From: Bacteroidales bacterium
GTDB taxonomy: Bacteria; Bacteroidota; Bacteroidia; Bacteroidales; UBA4181
Direction: 5' to 3'
Assembly: GCA_031551455.1 (NCBI GenBank)
Contig: JAVBNP010000007.1
Location: 1 to 56,249 of the forward strand
DNA length: 56,249 nt
Shown: piece after piece, positions 10,801 to 18,452 of the stretch
Layout of the letters: each line of letters begins with the position of its first letter
How positions within the stretch are numbered: the first letter of the stretch is position 1
Translations under genes and position numbers: made by a program
The notes under the pieces: generated by a model
The model's input: the letters and a program-made list of their open reading frames with translations, nothing else
Told to the model about the DNA's origin: nothing
Database searches by the model: none

Positions 10801-11109
10801 ATTGACAATGCCATTAAATTCACGGAGTTTGGCTATATTAAATACGGGTATCGTTTGGACGGAAACCGCATTCTCTTTTATGTGGAGGATACCGGCGTGG
10901 GAATGGATGAAGATCGATTGAACATCGTTTTCGAACGTTTCCGGCAAGCCGATGAATCCATTTCGCAAAGATACGGCGGAACGGGTCTGGGATTGGCCAT
11001 CTCAAAAAATTTGGTCGATTTGATGGGCGGCGAAATGTGGGCAAAATCACAACCGGGCGAAGGCACCACATTCTTTTTTACCATTCCTTACGAAAAGGTT
11101 TCGGAATAA
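7870..11109 (+). CDS. Membrane sensor histidine kinase with periplasmic beta-propeller and Y_Y_Y domain; no receiver or AraC domain
   Basis: Reg_prop repeats (QDRKGYVWFGT, GLAHNSV), YVNLPPGEYTF, PFWMQWWF TM helix, coiled coil, FLANMSHEIRTPMNG, NAIKFT, DTGVG, GGTGLGL; ends right after HATPase. Start may be 7903. Confidence 0.92.
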   Translation: MNKVGKIKRSKMTRRKITLCFVIIVQFLTVWGQDNIGLYNFSYYGSKEGLPQEDILSIYQDRKGYVWFGTQSGAARYNGRNTKLYSTANGLAHNSVFDIAQDAAGIVYFATPNGISVLENDSLRTVFQGNMFNFIFVDKNNRKWFYGEKECALLTADGKQVDIDEKLKRNFQRIYSVAQHPDSSSIYLATDKGLFYLTENYDCIEILSSSEIYSLYVDNESFLWIAGENQLHRVPLSRVRPNMKLYHEDLYPFVKQRIKKITQAADCSIWGITGGFAFQIDSFDRSPEIYNRANGLAGYTLYSLLCDYENNTWIGLSGGLQKLGDKSVRKLASDELNGYITALHEDKKGRIWFAVDNIVCYIFNNEIIKFSERLFPVSSEYKSISTTKFSDGNILIVHPLGLGVIDVNTLSVIYTRHFEKPIEYVECAYVSSKNEIFISDSYNGLLYYLSDYTSPSKKFDSDVSSGVYMFAEYQGRVMAANHAGLCAFNGTSFEQELTLDHSAWSLFASGDSLWLGTENGLGLYRSGMLHYLTEGAVNSICHGRDADHLWVGRNDGTYYINLNTGRQEIKITNKTGLPHNEISVGALIQDKNELLWMGTYHGMAVFDYKKLPHFFTAPRNDLVIKQNGVEVGKLDPNALPAFNHSVQFDMTALSFVYESDNIYEYSLKGSSKDSLSVMGKESTVRYVNLPPGEYTFTFRSKGASDIWSNYTYVRFTVSKPFWMQWWFYAVCFLAACGLLYLLIRGYIGILQQRNKTLEATVAERTAQIQSKSDEIGQQNLLLKEAREEMEAQNEELTAQNNELFETYSTLQTVNEELQSYKRNLEKMVAQKTAELLKAKDKAEESDRLKSAFLANMSHEIRTPMNGIMGFLNIIEQKNLPPEKLKEYFKIINSNSQRLLKLIDDILDISKLEVGQLKIVKAPCRLNDLMQELYVFYNETVLRNPQKKLTLILDDSDNISDFTVYVDPSRIKQILSNMIDNAIKFTEFGYIKYGYRLDGNRILFYVEDTGVGMDEDRLNIVFERFRQADESISQRYGGTGLGLAISKNLVDLMGGEMWAKSQPGEGTTFFFTIPYEKVSE

Positions 11110-11161
11110 CTTATCGCAATAAGATATTCCCGTCACATTAACAGTATTCTGTCGGAATGTG

Positions 11162-11283
11162 AAGTCCCGAAGGGACGGTATATTATTATCGATTATGCCG
11201 TCCCTCCGGGACTCGGGTTATAGTTTCTTGTTCATTCCCGGGATGATAATCCCGGGTTATGCTATACCGTCCCTTCGGGACTT
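11162..11283. repeat. REP-like palindromic cluster (AGTCCCGAAGGGACGG family)
   Basis: Perfect 21-bp inverted repeat 11162-11182 / 11263-11283, third unit 11197-11213, internal palindrome CCCGGGATGATAATCCCGGG 11237-11256. Confidence 0.8.
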
Positions 11284-11332
11284 TTGAAAACGATACTGAC
11301 ATCTCGCCATTGACGCGAAACTCCGTCGAAAA

Positions 11333-13666
11333 CTAATATTTCACTTTTAGGATTAATTCGTCTTTCACCTTTATCGTTCCGCTTTTCAAATATCGCTTGT
11401 CTTTCGGAATATTCACGGTGATCGGGATATCGGTTTGCAAACGATAAGTGATGGTTCCGCCTTCTTTTTTCCATTTTATTCCGATTGCTTTATCGGTGCC
11501 GGTAATCGGAATTTTCCCTTCGGCTTCGTTCAAATTACCCGTCTCCAAACGAAGATCAAACACATTTCGACCGATATCGAAACGATTTTTCAACCCCAGT
11601 ACGTAACGTGAGAGTTGCCATGTGGGACATCCCGACCATTGATGACAATGCGTCCAACGCGTATCAAACACTTCCACCCAAGTCGTTCTTCCACCTTCGA
11701 GCGCCCAACCCCAACATTTGCGATATTGGTCGAGTACAAAATCGATTTCACCTTTTTCGATCAGCATCGCCAACGCGAAATGTGAAAAATAAGGCGTGAT
11801 CAGTTGCGGATCGGCCGCACCGGGATCACTCAGACGCGGAGCCTTGTCGTTGTTCGGAAAACAGTTGAGAATATGTTTTTTGGCATATTCGACGGCTTCT
11901 TTTTCGGCAGCGGGGTCGAAAACACCGTTCATCAAGCCCAATACGGTTCGCTGATAACCGATGGTTTTAAAATCATATTGTCCGTTGATTCGACAACCGG
12001 CAAACCATGCGTTAACAATTCGGGCAATTTCCCGTTCGCGCTGTCGATATTGTGCCGCTTCGGCGGTTTTTCCGATCGTTTCGCACCATTTAACCATATC
12101 GCGTAATGCCGCCAAATAATGCAGATTCAATGCAATATCCACGGGACCTTTGTTACGCACGTATCCCCAATCGATGAACGCCCATCCGGCTTTGTCGGTC
12201 AATCCGTCGGCAGTACTGCACGAAAGCATGTAATCGAGGTTTTTACGGGCGCCTTCGAACAGTTTTTCCAACATTGTTTTATCACCCGTAATGCGCCAAT
12301 AGTTCATGCATCCGCCAATCCATTGCAGGGCGAAACTCGACAATTCGGCTTCGTTGCCGGGACATAAGCCCGCCACCATACCGCCGGGTGATGCGCATTG
12401 AGCACTTTGCATTAATCCGCGACCGATCAACGAAACATCTGAGAATGCGGAAGATCCGATTTCGACGCCCACCACTGCCACGTCGCCCAACCATTGACCT
12501 CGTTCGCGCGTCGGATTATCCGTAAGCGCATCCTCGGCACACGCTTTGTACGTATCGATGCCCACTTGCCAAATGCGATTCAGCAATTCGTCGTTCGTAC
12601 GGAAACTTCCGACGGCATCACCGTAATAGCAACGTTCGATAAATGTTTCGTCGATTATCTTTATTTGCTCGGGCGGCGCAATAACATGCATTTCAACGAA
12701 GCGACCTCCTTTGGGCGTCAGCGGAAAAAACTCCTGTACGCCGCCGCGTGCAACGAAATGATCCATATTGTACGAATCGCTCAGCGATAAGGTAATCCAC
12801 GGAGTAACCCGATTGTTGTTCAAACTTTCGCTGTAAGCGAATTCAACGACCGCTCCGGCAGGAAGATCAAGCGTAAATTTGGGACGCATCAAACGTACAC
12901 GCCCCAAATCGTAACGAATCCATGTACCTTGGGGCGGATTATCTTTCGCTCGAAGGTCGCGTAAAAAGAAACGTGCCGAGATGTTGTCGTGTTCGTATCC
13001 GAACTGTTCGGTCAGTTTACCTTTTTCGATAATGTTCGGCTTGACGGAAAAGTGTTGTACGTTGGCCGTCGATAAAGGTTTTACGTTGCCGATTTTCGGA
13101 GCAAACGATTCGGGCGTTTCCCATTCGCGATCGTCGAAATCGGGTTGTTGCCAATTTTGCGGTGCTTGACGCGTATCGAGCCATTCCACCCATCCGAATT
13201 GGTTGCTGATACGGCGAAATTGCGAAAGGTAGCCGGTAAGTCGAGTCACCTTTTGATTCATCGGGATCGATTTTCCGTCAGCCGTTGCTTCGCACCACAG
13301 AAACGGGGAAATGACTTTGAGCATGCGAGTCTCCACTCCTTCCTGATGCACTTGCACGGCAATCGTATTCTTTCCTTTCGGAAGTTTGATTTTATGTGTT
13401 TGATATTCGGGATAATCGACATGATACCGCGAAGGACCTTCGGCCGTGTATTCACCGTTAACCCACAACACGAACCAAGACGAGGCCAGCAGATTCAACT
13501 CAACATCGGTTTCCCGATCGAGTACAACAGTTCCCCTAAAAGCAACATGATAATCTTTTTCGGCGGAGTCGTAATTTTTGATCCAAACAGCGTCATTGAT
13601 GTTTACGGCCGTTGCGTTTACGGCAAAAAACAGAAACAAAAAAATGAGAAGGTTTTGAATTTTCAT
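11333..13666 (-). CDS. GH78-like alpha-L-rhamnosidase family protein
   Basis: Signal peptide, TDNPTRERGQWLGD (DCPxRERxxWxGD type), FIDW, TTWVE, THCHQWSGCP. Confidence 0.8.
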   Translation of the reverse strand: MKIQNLLIFLFLFFAVNATAVNINDAVWIKNYDSAEKDYHVAFRGTVVLDRETDVELNLLASSWFVLWVNGEYTAEGPSRYHVDYPEYQTHKIKLPKGKNTIAVQVHQEGVETRMLKVISPFLWCEATADGKSIPMNQKVTRLTGYLSQFRRISNQFGWVEWLDTRQAPQNWQQPDFDDREWETPESFAPKIGNVKPLSTANVQHFSVKPNIIEKGKLTEQFGYEHDNISARFFLRDLRAKDNPPQGTWIRYDLGRVRLMRPKFTLDLPAGAVVEFAYSESLNNNRVTPWITLSLSDSYNMDHFVARGGVQEFFPLTPKGGRFVEMHVIAPPEQIKIIDETFIERCYYGDAVGSFRTNDELLNRIWQVGIDTYKACAEDALTDNPTRERGQWLGDVAVVGVEIGSSAFSDVSLIGRGLMQSAQCASPGGMVAGLCPGNEAELSSFALQWIGGCMNYWRITGDKTMLEKLFEGARKNLDYMLSCSTADGLTDKAGWAFIDWGYVRNKGPVDIALNLHYLAALRDMVKWCETIGKTAEAAQYRQREREIARIVNAWFAGCRINGQYDFKTIGYQRTVLGLMNGVFDPAAEKEAVEYAKKHILNCFPNNDKAPRLSDPGAADPQLITPYFSHFALAMLIEKGEIDFVLDQYRKCWGWALEGGRTTWVEVFDTRWTHCHQWSGCPTWQLSRYVLGLKNRFDIGRNVFDLRLETGNLNEAEGKIPITGTDKAIGIKWKKEGGTITYRLQTDIPITVNIPKDKRYLKSGTIKVKDELILKVKY

Positions 13667-13766
13667 TGTCGAAAAATTGATCAGTTGGATATCAAATACT
13701 ATCTATTTTGACGGCTCTGCCGAAGTTTTATCGGGAACATTTCCCGTATGTGTCAATTTGTTATTT

Positions 13767-13812
13767 CGTGTGCGCGCACGGAACAAAATATGTAACTTCG
13801 TGTGCGCACACG
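13767..13812. promoter_or_regulatory. Two operator-like 14-bp palindromes
   Basis: CGTGTGCGCGCACG at 13767-13780 and perfect CGTGTGCGCACACG at 13799-13812, both preceded by TT, 32 bp apart. Confidence 0.5.
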
Positions 13813-13957
13813 TTTTAAAAATCGAAAGTATGAGCGAATTTCATTACCGAATTTTATGCAACAAACTTAGAACCGGTCAAAAGTCCCGTTTCATTTCGTT
13901 ATTGCGAGTGCTCACCCTGCTTCTTAGGACAAAAAAACTTGATGACGTAATGACAAT

Positions 13958-14030
13958 GACCTATTAGGTTTTAAAAACCTGATAGGTCTTGTGCCGGACA
14001 AATCTTATCAGGTCTTTGAGACCTAATAGA
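13958..14030. repeat. Two copies of the ~31-bp ACCTnnnAGGTTTTnAAAACCTnnnAGGT REP-like palindrome
   Basis: GACCTATTAGGTTTTAAAAACCTGATAGGTC (13958-13988) and degenerate TCTTATCAGGTCTTTGAGACCTAATAGA (14003-14030). Confidence 0.8.
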
Positions 14031-14124
14031 ATACGGTTATTTCCGTCTTTCAAACAATCTGAAACGTTGATTGGTTACTTCGATTTTTCACCGATTCAAC
14101 GGCAAATCTACATAAAAAATACCA

Positions 14125-16395
14125 TTACCGTTCGGCCACTACGAAAAGCGAAGAAACCGACGACATCGATAACGGCATGGCGGTTACGGCGTCGCCGTCG
14201 GAAAGTTTTTCACGCTTCACGCCCGGCACTTTTGTAACGATGCCCGTATGCGGATCCCAAATTTCGATATTCTTAAGGTTTCCGCGCAACGTAATCGTCG
14301 TCGAAAGCGGATCGCCGCCGGTATTCACAAAATAATAGATATCTTTTCCTTCTTTTTGCTTATGGGTGTAATTGATACATCCCGTTTTCGGCGTCGCGGT
14401 GGTTTTCGAGTCGAAGGAAACATCGGCAACAAGATTCATGGCGGTTAAAGCCGATTCCACGGTATTCTTATTTGCAATCGTCAGAAAAACAAATTCTCCG
14501 CCTTTGCCATTCTTCACGGTGACATCCTTCGCGGGATATTCGCCGAAAATTTCCTCGATGATTTGTTTTACCTCATTGTCGCGACCAAATTCACCGGCAC
14601 GTGTCGGCAACAAAACGGTGGCAATAATTTTACCGCCGTTATCGTAATATTCTTTGATCTTTTTCAATGCGGAAGCCGAAATAACATCTCCGCCGGGCAT
14701 GATCAACACTTTGTAATTTTGTATGTTGACTTTGTTGTTCAACACCAAATCGGCGCCGTTTGCCGTAACTTTTCCGTTAACGAGATCGTCGGGATGGACG
14801 TACGTAAAGTCGCGTCGAATTTCATCGGTAAGCAATCCGCTAAGCTCGTAATGATTAACCCCGGCAGGCAGCCAATGGGCAACGGGCAACCCCGATTGTC
14901 CGTCTCTTCCGATCCACGTTTCGCCTTGAATCGCGGTGATGGGCCATAACAAACCCACATCGACCACGCGTTTTCCGTTTTGCAGCATCACGCACGAACG
15001 AGAGGTAAATTTACTGTAATTGGGAACAGCTTTACCCCAATACGGATTATCAAACGAAATGAGCGGCGGGATGCGGATATTTTTCGGATCGGTATCGTAC
15101 CACAGTCCGTGCGGAACAAGAAAGTTAATACCCCGTACCATCGATTCCATGGCTACTCGGTAAAGATCGAGCGAATCCATGTCCTCGGCAAAAGCGCCGT
15201 TGAGTTCGGCTCCCACAAGCCCTTTGTCGCCGATATCGGCAGCCGACGAAATTTGTTTGTAACCGTTTCGTCCGCGACCATACCAAAAGATAACGTCAAG
15301 CAGGGGAATTTGCGCATGACGATAAAGTTTCAACACGTCGCCGCTTGTGACAACGGTATTGGGACTGTAGTTTTCGGGCGGATGTCCCATGCTTTTCATG
15401 TTACGTTTTGCCGACCATTCCGAAACTTGTTTTACGTAACCTTCGGCCATCAATTCCGAACGGGCGTCGAGAAAAGCCACGCGTGCGGCATGCGTTTCGG
15501 GTCCGATATCGTAAAAGAGCGCGGGATAATACAACGCGGGATTTTTCCCCGTTTTTTCGCGAAAAATAGTCGAAATTTCCTTATTCCATGTTTGATCCAT
15601 GAACACGAATCCCACATCGTCGAAAAAGGTCTTGGTGATAACGTTCCCGAAATAAGCGCCGAATCGTTTGTCGTATTCGCCGTAGGTCATTTCCATCAAT
15701 TTCGAAACGGCGGCGGGCTCCATGTAATCAACCAAATGTCCGTGAGGCGGCCCCACATTATATTCGATCAAAAACGCCATGACTTTCCATTCTCCCGCGG
15801 GGGCATTCCAACTTAACTTGTTTTTATCCAAAAACGATTGCAGATCGACCACTTCAAACGTTGCGGTGTTCATGGCCGAAACGGCCAACCATGATTGGGT
15901 ATTTTTCAATACATAATCTTTTTTTACCGTTTTGCCGCCTTGTGTCGTAAACTCATCTTTGATGAGGTATTTTCGGGTATATTGCGGATATTCTTTCAGC
16001 AATCGACCGCCTGCGGAACCGGACGGAAAATCGCCATCGTCGTACAATATGATTTGCGTTCCGAGTTCTTTCGAAACCTCCAACATATAATTGTACAGGT
16101 CGAAATATTCTTTACTCAAATAAGCGGGCGACATGCCGGGGCATATATGTTGATCGAACCAATGCGGCAGAGGCGTTACGGGCAGAGGCGTCATTCCGCC
16201 GTAGCCGGAATAATCGCGGGCTTCGGTAATTTGTTTTTTGATACCTTCTTTGGTTAAATGTCCGTTCAAATGCCACAACGGCATCGGGCGATATTCCACG
16301 GGCGGATTCGCAAAATCGTCGCGCAAGGCGGTATTTTCGCTCGAGCAGGCAAAAATGCCGAACATCATTAATGCAAATGCAATCGGTTTTGTCAT
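14125..16395 (-). CDS. GH106-like glycoside hydrolase lipoprotein
   Basis: Lipobox FAC, FANPP.EYRP..LWHLNG, ILYDDGDFPSGSAGG, GINFLVPH, DIYYFVN, IWDP.TG. Confidence 0.75.
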   Translation of the reverse strand: MTKPIAFALMMFGIFACSSENTALRDDFANPPVEYRPMPLWHLNGHLTKEGIKKQITEARDYSGYGGMTPLPVTPLPHWFDQHICPGMSPAYLSKEYFDLYNYMLEVSKELGTQIILYDDGDFPSGSAGGRLLKEYPQYTRKYLIKDEFTTQGGKTVKKDYVLKNTQSWLAVSAMNTATFEVVDLQSFLDKNKLSWNAPAGEWKVMAFLIEYNVGPPHGHLVDYMEPAAVSKLMEMTYGEYDKRFGAYFGNVITKTFFDDVGFVFMDQTWNKEISTIFREKTGKNPALYYPALFYDIGPETHAARVAFLDARSELMAEGYVKQVSEWSAKRNMKSMGHPPENYSPNTVVTSGDVLKLYRHAQIPLLDVIFWYGRGRNGYKQISSAADIGDKGLVGAELNGAFAEDMDSLDLYRVAMESMVRGINFLVPHGLWYDTDPKNIRIPPLISFDNPYWGKAVPNYSKFTSRSCVMLQNGKRVVDVGLLWPITAIQGETWIGRDGQSGLPVAHWLPAGVNHYELSGLLTDEIRRDFTYVHPDDLVNGKVTANGADLVLNNKVNIQNYKVLIMPGGDVISASALKKIKEYYDNGGKIIATVLLPTRAGEFGRDNEVKQIIEEIFGEYPAKDVTVKNGKGGEFVFLTIANKNTVESALTAMNLVADVSFDSKTTATPKTGCINYTHKQKEGKDIYYFVNTGGDPLSTTITLRGNLKNIEIWDPHTGIVTKVPGVKREKLSDGDAVTAMPLSMSSVSSLFVVAER

Positions 16396-16456
16396 GGAAA
16401 CGAATAATTGATGATTGATAATTGAGAGTTTGTTTAAAAATGAATGAAAAATAATG

Positions 16457-16588
16457 TTTGGCTAAAGCCGATATGATTTTGCTCATTTATCGTCAATTTT
16501 AGTTGACGGCAACGATCCGGTTTGTATTTATTGCCGTTGACTTTAGTCAACGATTGAAGACAGGCAAACCGAGCGGGCTTCAGCAAAA
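16457..16588. repeat. REP-like palindromic cluster (GGCTAAAGCC family)
   Basis: TTTGGCTAAAGCC ... CGTCAATTTTAGTTGACGGCAA ... TTGCCGTTGACTTTAGTCAACG ... GGCTTCAGCAAAA, a nested inverted arrangement. Confidence 0.7.
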
Positions 16589-16644
16589 CTAATTCTTGAT
16601 TTGAATTTAATCAGACTTTGAATATTAAGAAATTGTTTACAAAT

Positions 16645-16841
16645 TTAATCTGTCTCTCCGGGACGCCAATTTTAAAGGATGTTTTTTCTATCCCGAGGCG
16701 TTGCCGTCGGGCTGAAATAAGCCGGACTTTCAGTCTGATACATAAAAGGGTAGCCTGAAAGGCTAATTTAATTTAGCCCGACGGCAACGCCTCGGGATGT
16801 TGAATGAACATGGTAACCGGCGCGCCGGAGGCGCAACCTAA
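16645..16841. mobile_element. Non-autonomous REPIN/MITE-like palindromic element, copy 1
   Basis: TCCCGAGGCGTTGCCGTCGGGCT (16691-16713) inverted at 16775-16797, GCCTGAAAGGC-type hairpin units, colinear with 44614-44815. Confidence 0.75.
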
Positions 16842-16886
16842 ACCAAGCAAACAAATTTTAAACAGTCTATAAACATGGACATTATG

Positions 16887-18236
16887 TTAAAATTCGGCGA
16901 CGACGTTTTTCCCTTCCATCCATGCAAGCATATTCAACACAAGGTAATTCCAATTCTGAAACCCTTTGTTGAGAACGGGTTCGCCGTTTTCGGGAATATA
17001 ATATTCATGAAGAGCGCCCGTTTTTTCGAAATCGCGACCGAACAAAACGATCGTCTTGGCGGCCAACTCTTTTGCTTCGTCATTAAAACCATATTTTACG
17101 AGTCCGCGCCAAGTCATATAATTGGATATACCCCAAATCGGTCCCAGCCATGACGAAGGGTTTCCGCTGGCTTTTACGTTGTACATTTTTTCCATCTTCG
17201 AAAGTGTTCTGATGCCGTACGGGGCATTGAACGTTTTTTCGTTTTTCAGATGTTCGTCGACCATTCGTTTTGCTTGTTCGGGTGTGGCAATATCGGCCCA
17301 CATGGCCATGAATCCCGACCAAACGCCGATACGTTGTATGATGCAATCCCAATGACGTTGAGCGCCGATGTGGTATGCCCAACGGTCGGAAATGAGCGGT
17401 TTCAAATTCAGATCGACACTGTAAAAAAAGCCGTCGCGTTCATCCCAACAATGTTCTTGAATCGCTTCTTTCAGTTCCCGCGCATATTTGTCGTAATCCG
17501 CTTTTATTTCGCCCAAATTCAACTTTTCGGCCAAATAGCTCATGGCTGTCAGTTCCTTGTATATCATGCAATTGAGATATATCGACGCTGAACTCCGATC
17601 GGGACGGTAAAACGTACACGGATCGTTATCTACGCCGATCATTACGTCGTTTTGCCAGAAATAAAGCCCGGTAAGTTTATGAAAATATCGGGTTCGATAG
17701 CCGGAAATAAAATATTGAAGATTGGCGAATCTTTCGCGCAACCATTCAACGTCGCCTCCGGTTTGATCGACCAAGAAAGCGGCATGTTGTGCCAAACAGG
17801 GCTTATGCATGTTTTCTTCGAAGATGTTTTCGGGCTTCATGGTTTTGATGTCCGAGTTGCGCAGGATCACGATAGGCATCCAACCTTCGATTCCGCAATA
17901 CGACAGAAAATTGAGGATACAACCTTGTTCGTACTTTACGGCTTCGTCTTTCTCTTTTTTATTGTTTCGGTCGGATAATACTTGGCGTAAAGCAACATCG
18001 CTCAGCCACGAATCCCAGTCCCACAACACATCGTTGTAAGCATCACTGCCCGCAGCGAGAAAAGGATACGCCAAAGCGTTTCCCGCTTCGCGGTACATTT
18101 TTTTGAAATCTTTGTGAATGTTTGTTCTAACAATATCGGAATATTTTCGGTAATCGGGTAATTGTTGCGCCGATACCGTTGCGGCCGCGAAGAATATTAA
18201 AATCGATATTCGTATGATGTTTTTAAGGTTTTTCAT
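16887..18236 (-). CDS. (alpha/alpha)6-barrel glycoside hydrolase, GH63/trehalase (MGH1-like) family
   Basis: Signal peptide, LWDWDSW, GVDNDP, WDERDGFFY, PYGIRTLS, WLGPIW..SNY, LHEYY.PE.G. Confidence 0.75.
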   Translation of the reverse strand: MKNLKNIIRISILIFFAAATVSAQQLPDYRKYSDIVRTNIHKDFKKMYREAGNALAYPFLAAGSDAYNDVLWDWDSWLSDVALRQVLSDRNNKKEKDEAVKYEQGCILNFLSYCGIEGWMPIVILRNSDIKTMKPENIFEENMHKPCLAQHAAFLVDQTGGDVEWLRERFANLQYFISGYRTRYFHKLTGLYFWQNDVMIGVDNDPCTFYRPDRSSASIYLNCMIYKELTAMSYLAEKLNLGEIKADYDKYARELKEAIQEHCWDERDGFFYSVDLNLKPLISDRWAYHIGAQRHWDCIIQRIGVWSGFMAMWADIATPEQAKRMVDEHLKNEKTFNAPYGIRTLSKMEKMYNVKASGNPSSWLGPIWGISNYMTWRGLVKYGFNDEAKELAAKTIVLFGRDFEKTGALHEYYIPENGEPVLNKGFQNWNYLVLNMLAWMEGKNVVAEF

Positions 18237-18316
18237 GTGCTTATAATTTAATTTTTACGATTACTTTTACCACTGTCATGGTATATCTCTCGTCGGGGCA
18301 ACGCTCCCTTTGACGT

Positions 18317-18442
18317 GGGTGTTCAAAAGTCGAAAATGAACGTCATTGCAAGGAGGAACGACGAAGTAATCTTTTAATAACCAAAGGGATTGATTCGCTA
18401 TCGCTCGCAATGACGCAATATAATTAACCTTATTGAACAACC
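18317..18442. repeat. GTCATTGC...GCAATGAC palindromic element with outer inverted flanks
   Basis: CGTCATTGCAAGGAGGAACGACGAAGTAATC ... GATTGATTCGCTATCGCTCGCAATGACG (18341-18415), enclosed by GGTGTTCAA / TTGAACAACC. Confidence 0.7.
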
Positions 18443-18452
18443 GGGTCGGAAT

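Noticed and set aside
11262-11474. 70-aa minus ORF and other short intergenic ORFs (13677-13967, 34918-35163, 37192-37434, 38064-38246, 54457-54642)
   Set aside because: They overlap real genes, repeats or AT-rich promoter DNA and have no protein-like features; only the ATG at 13830 is kept as part of a finding.
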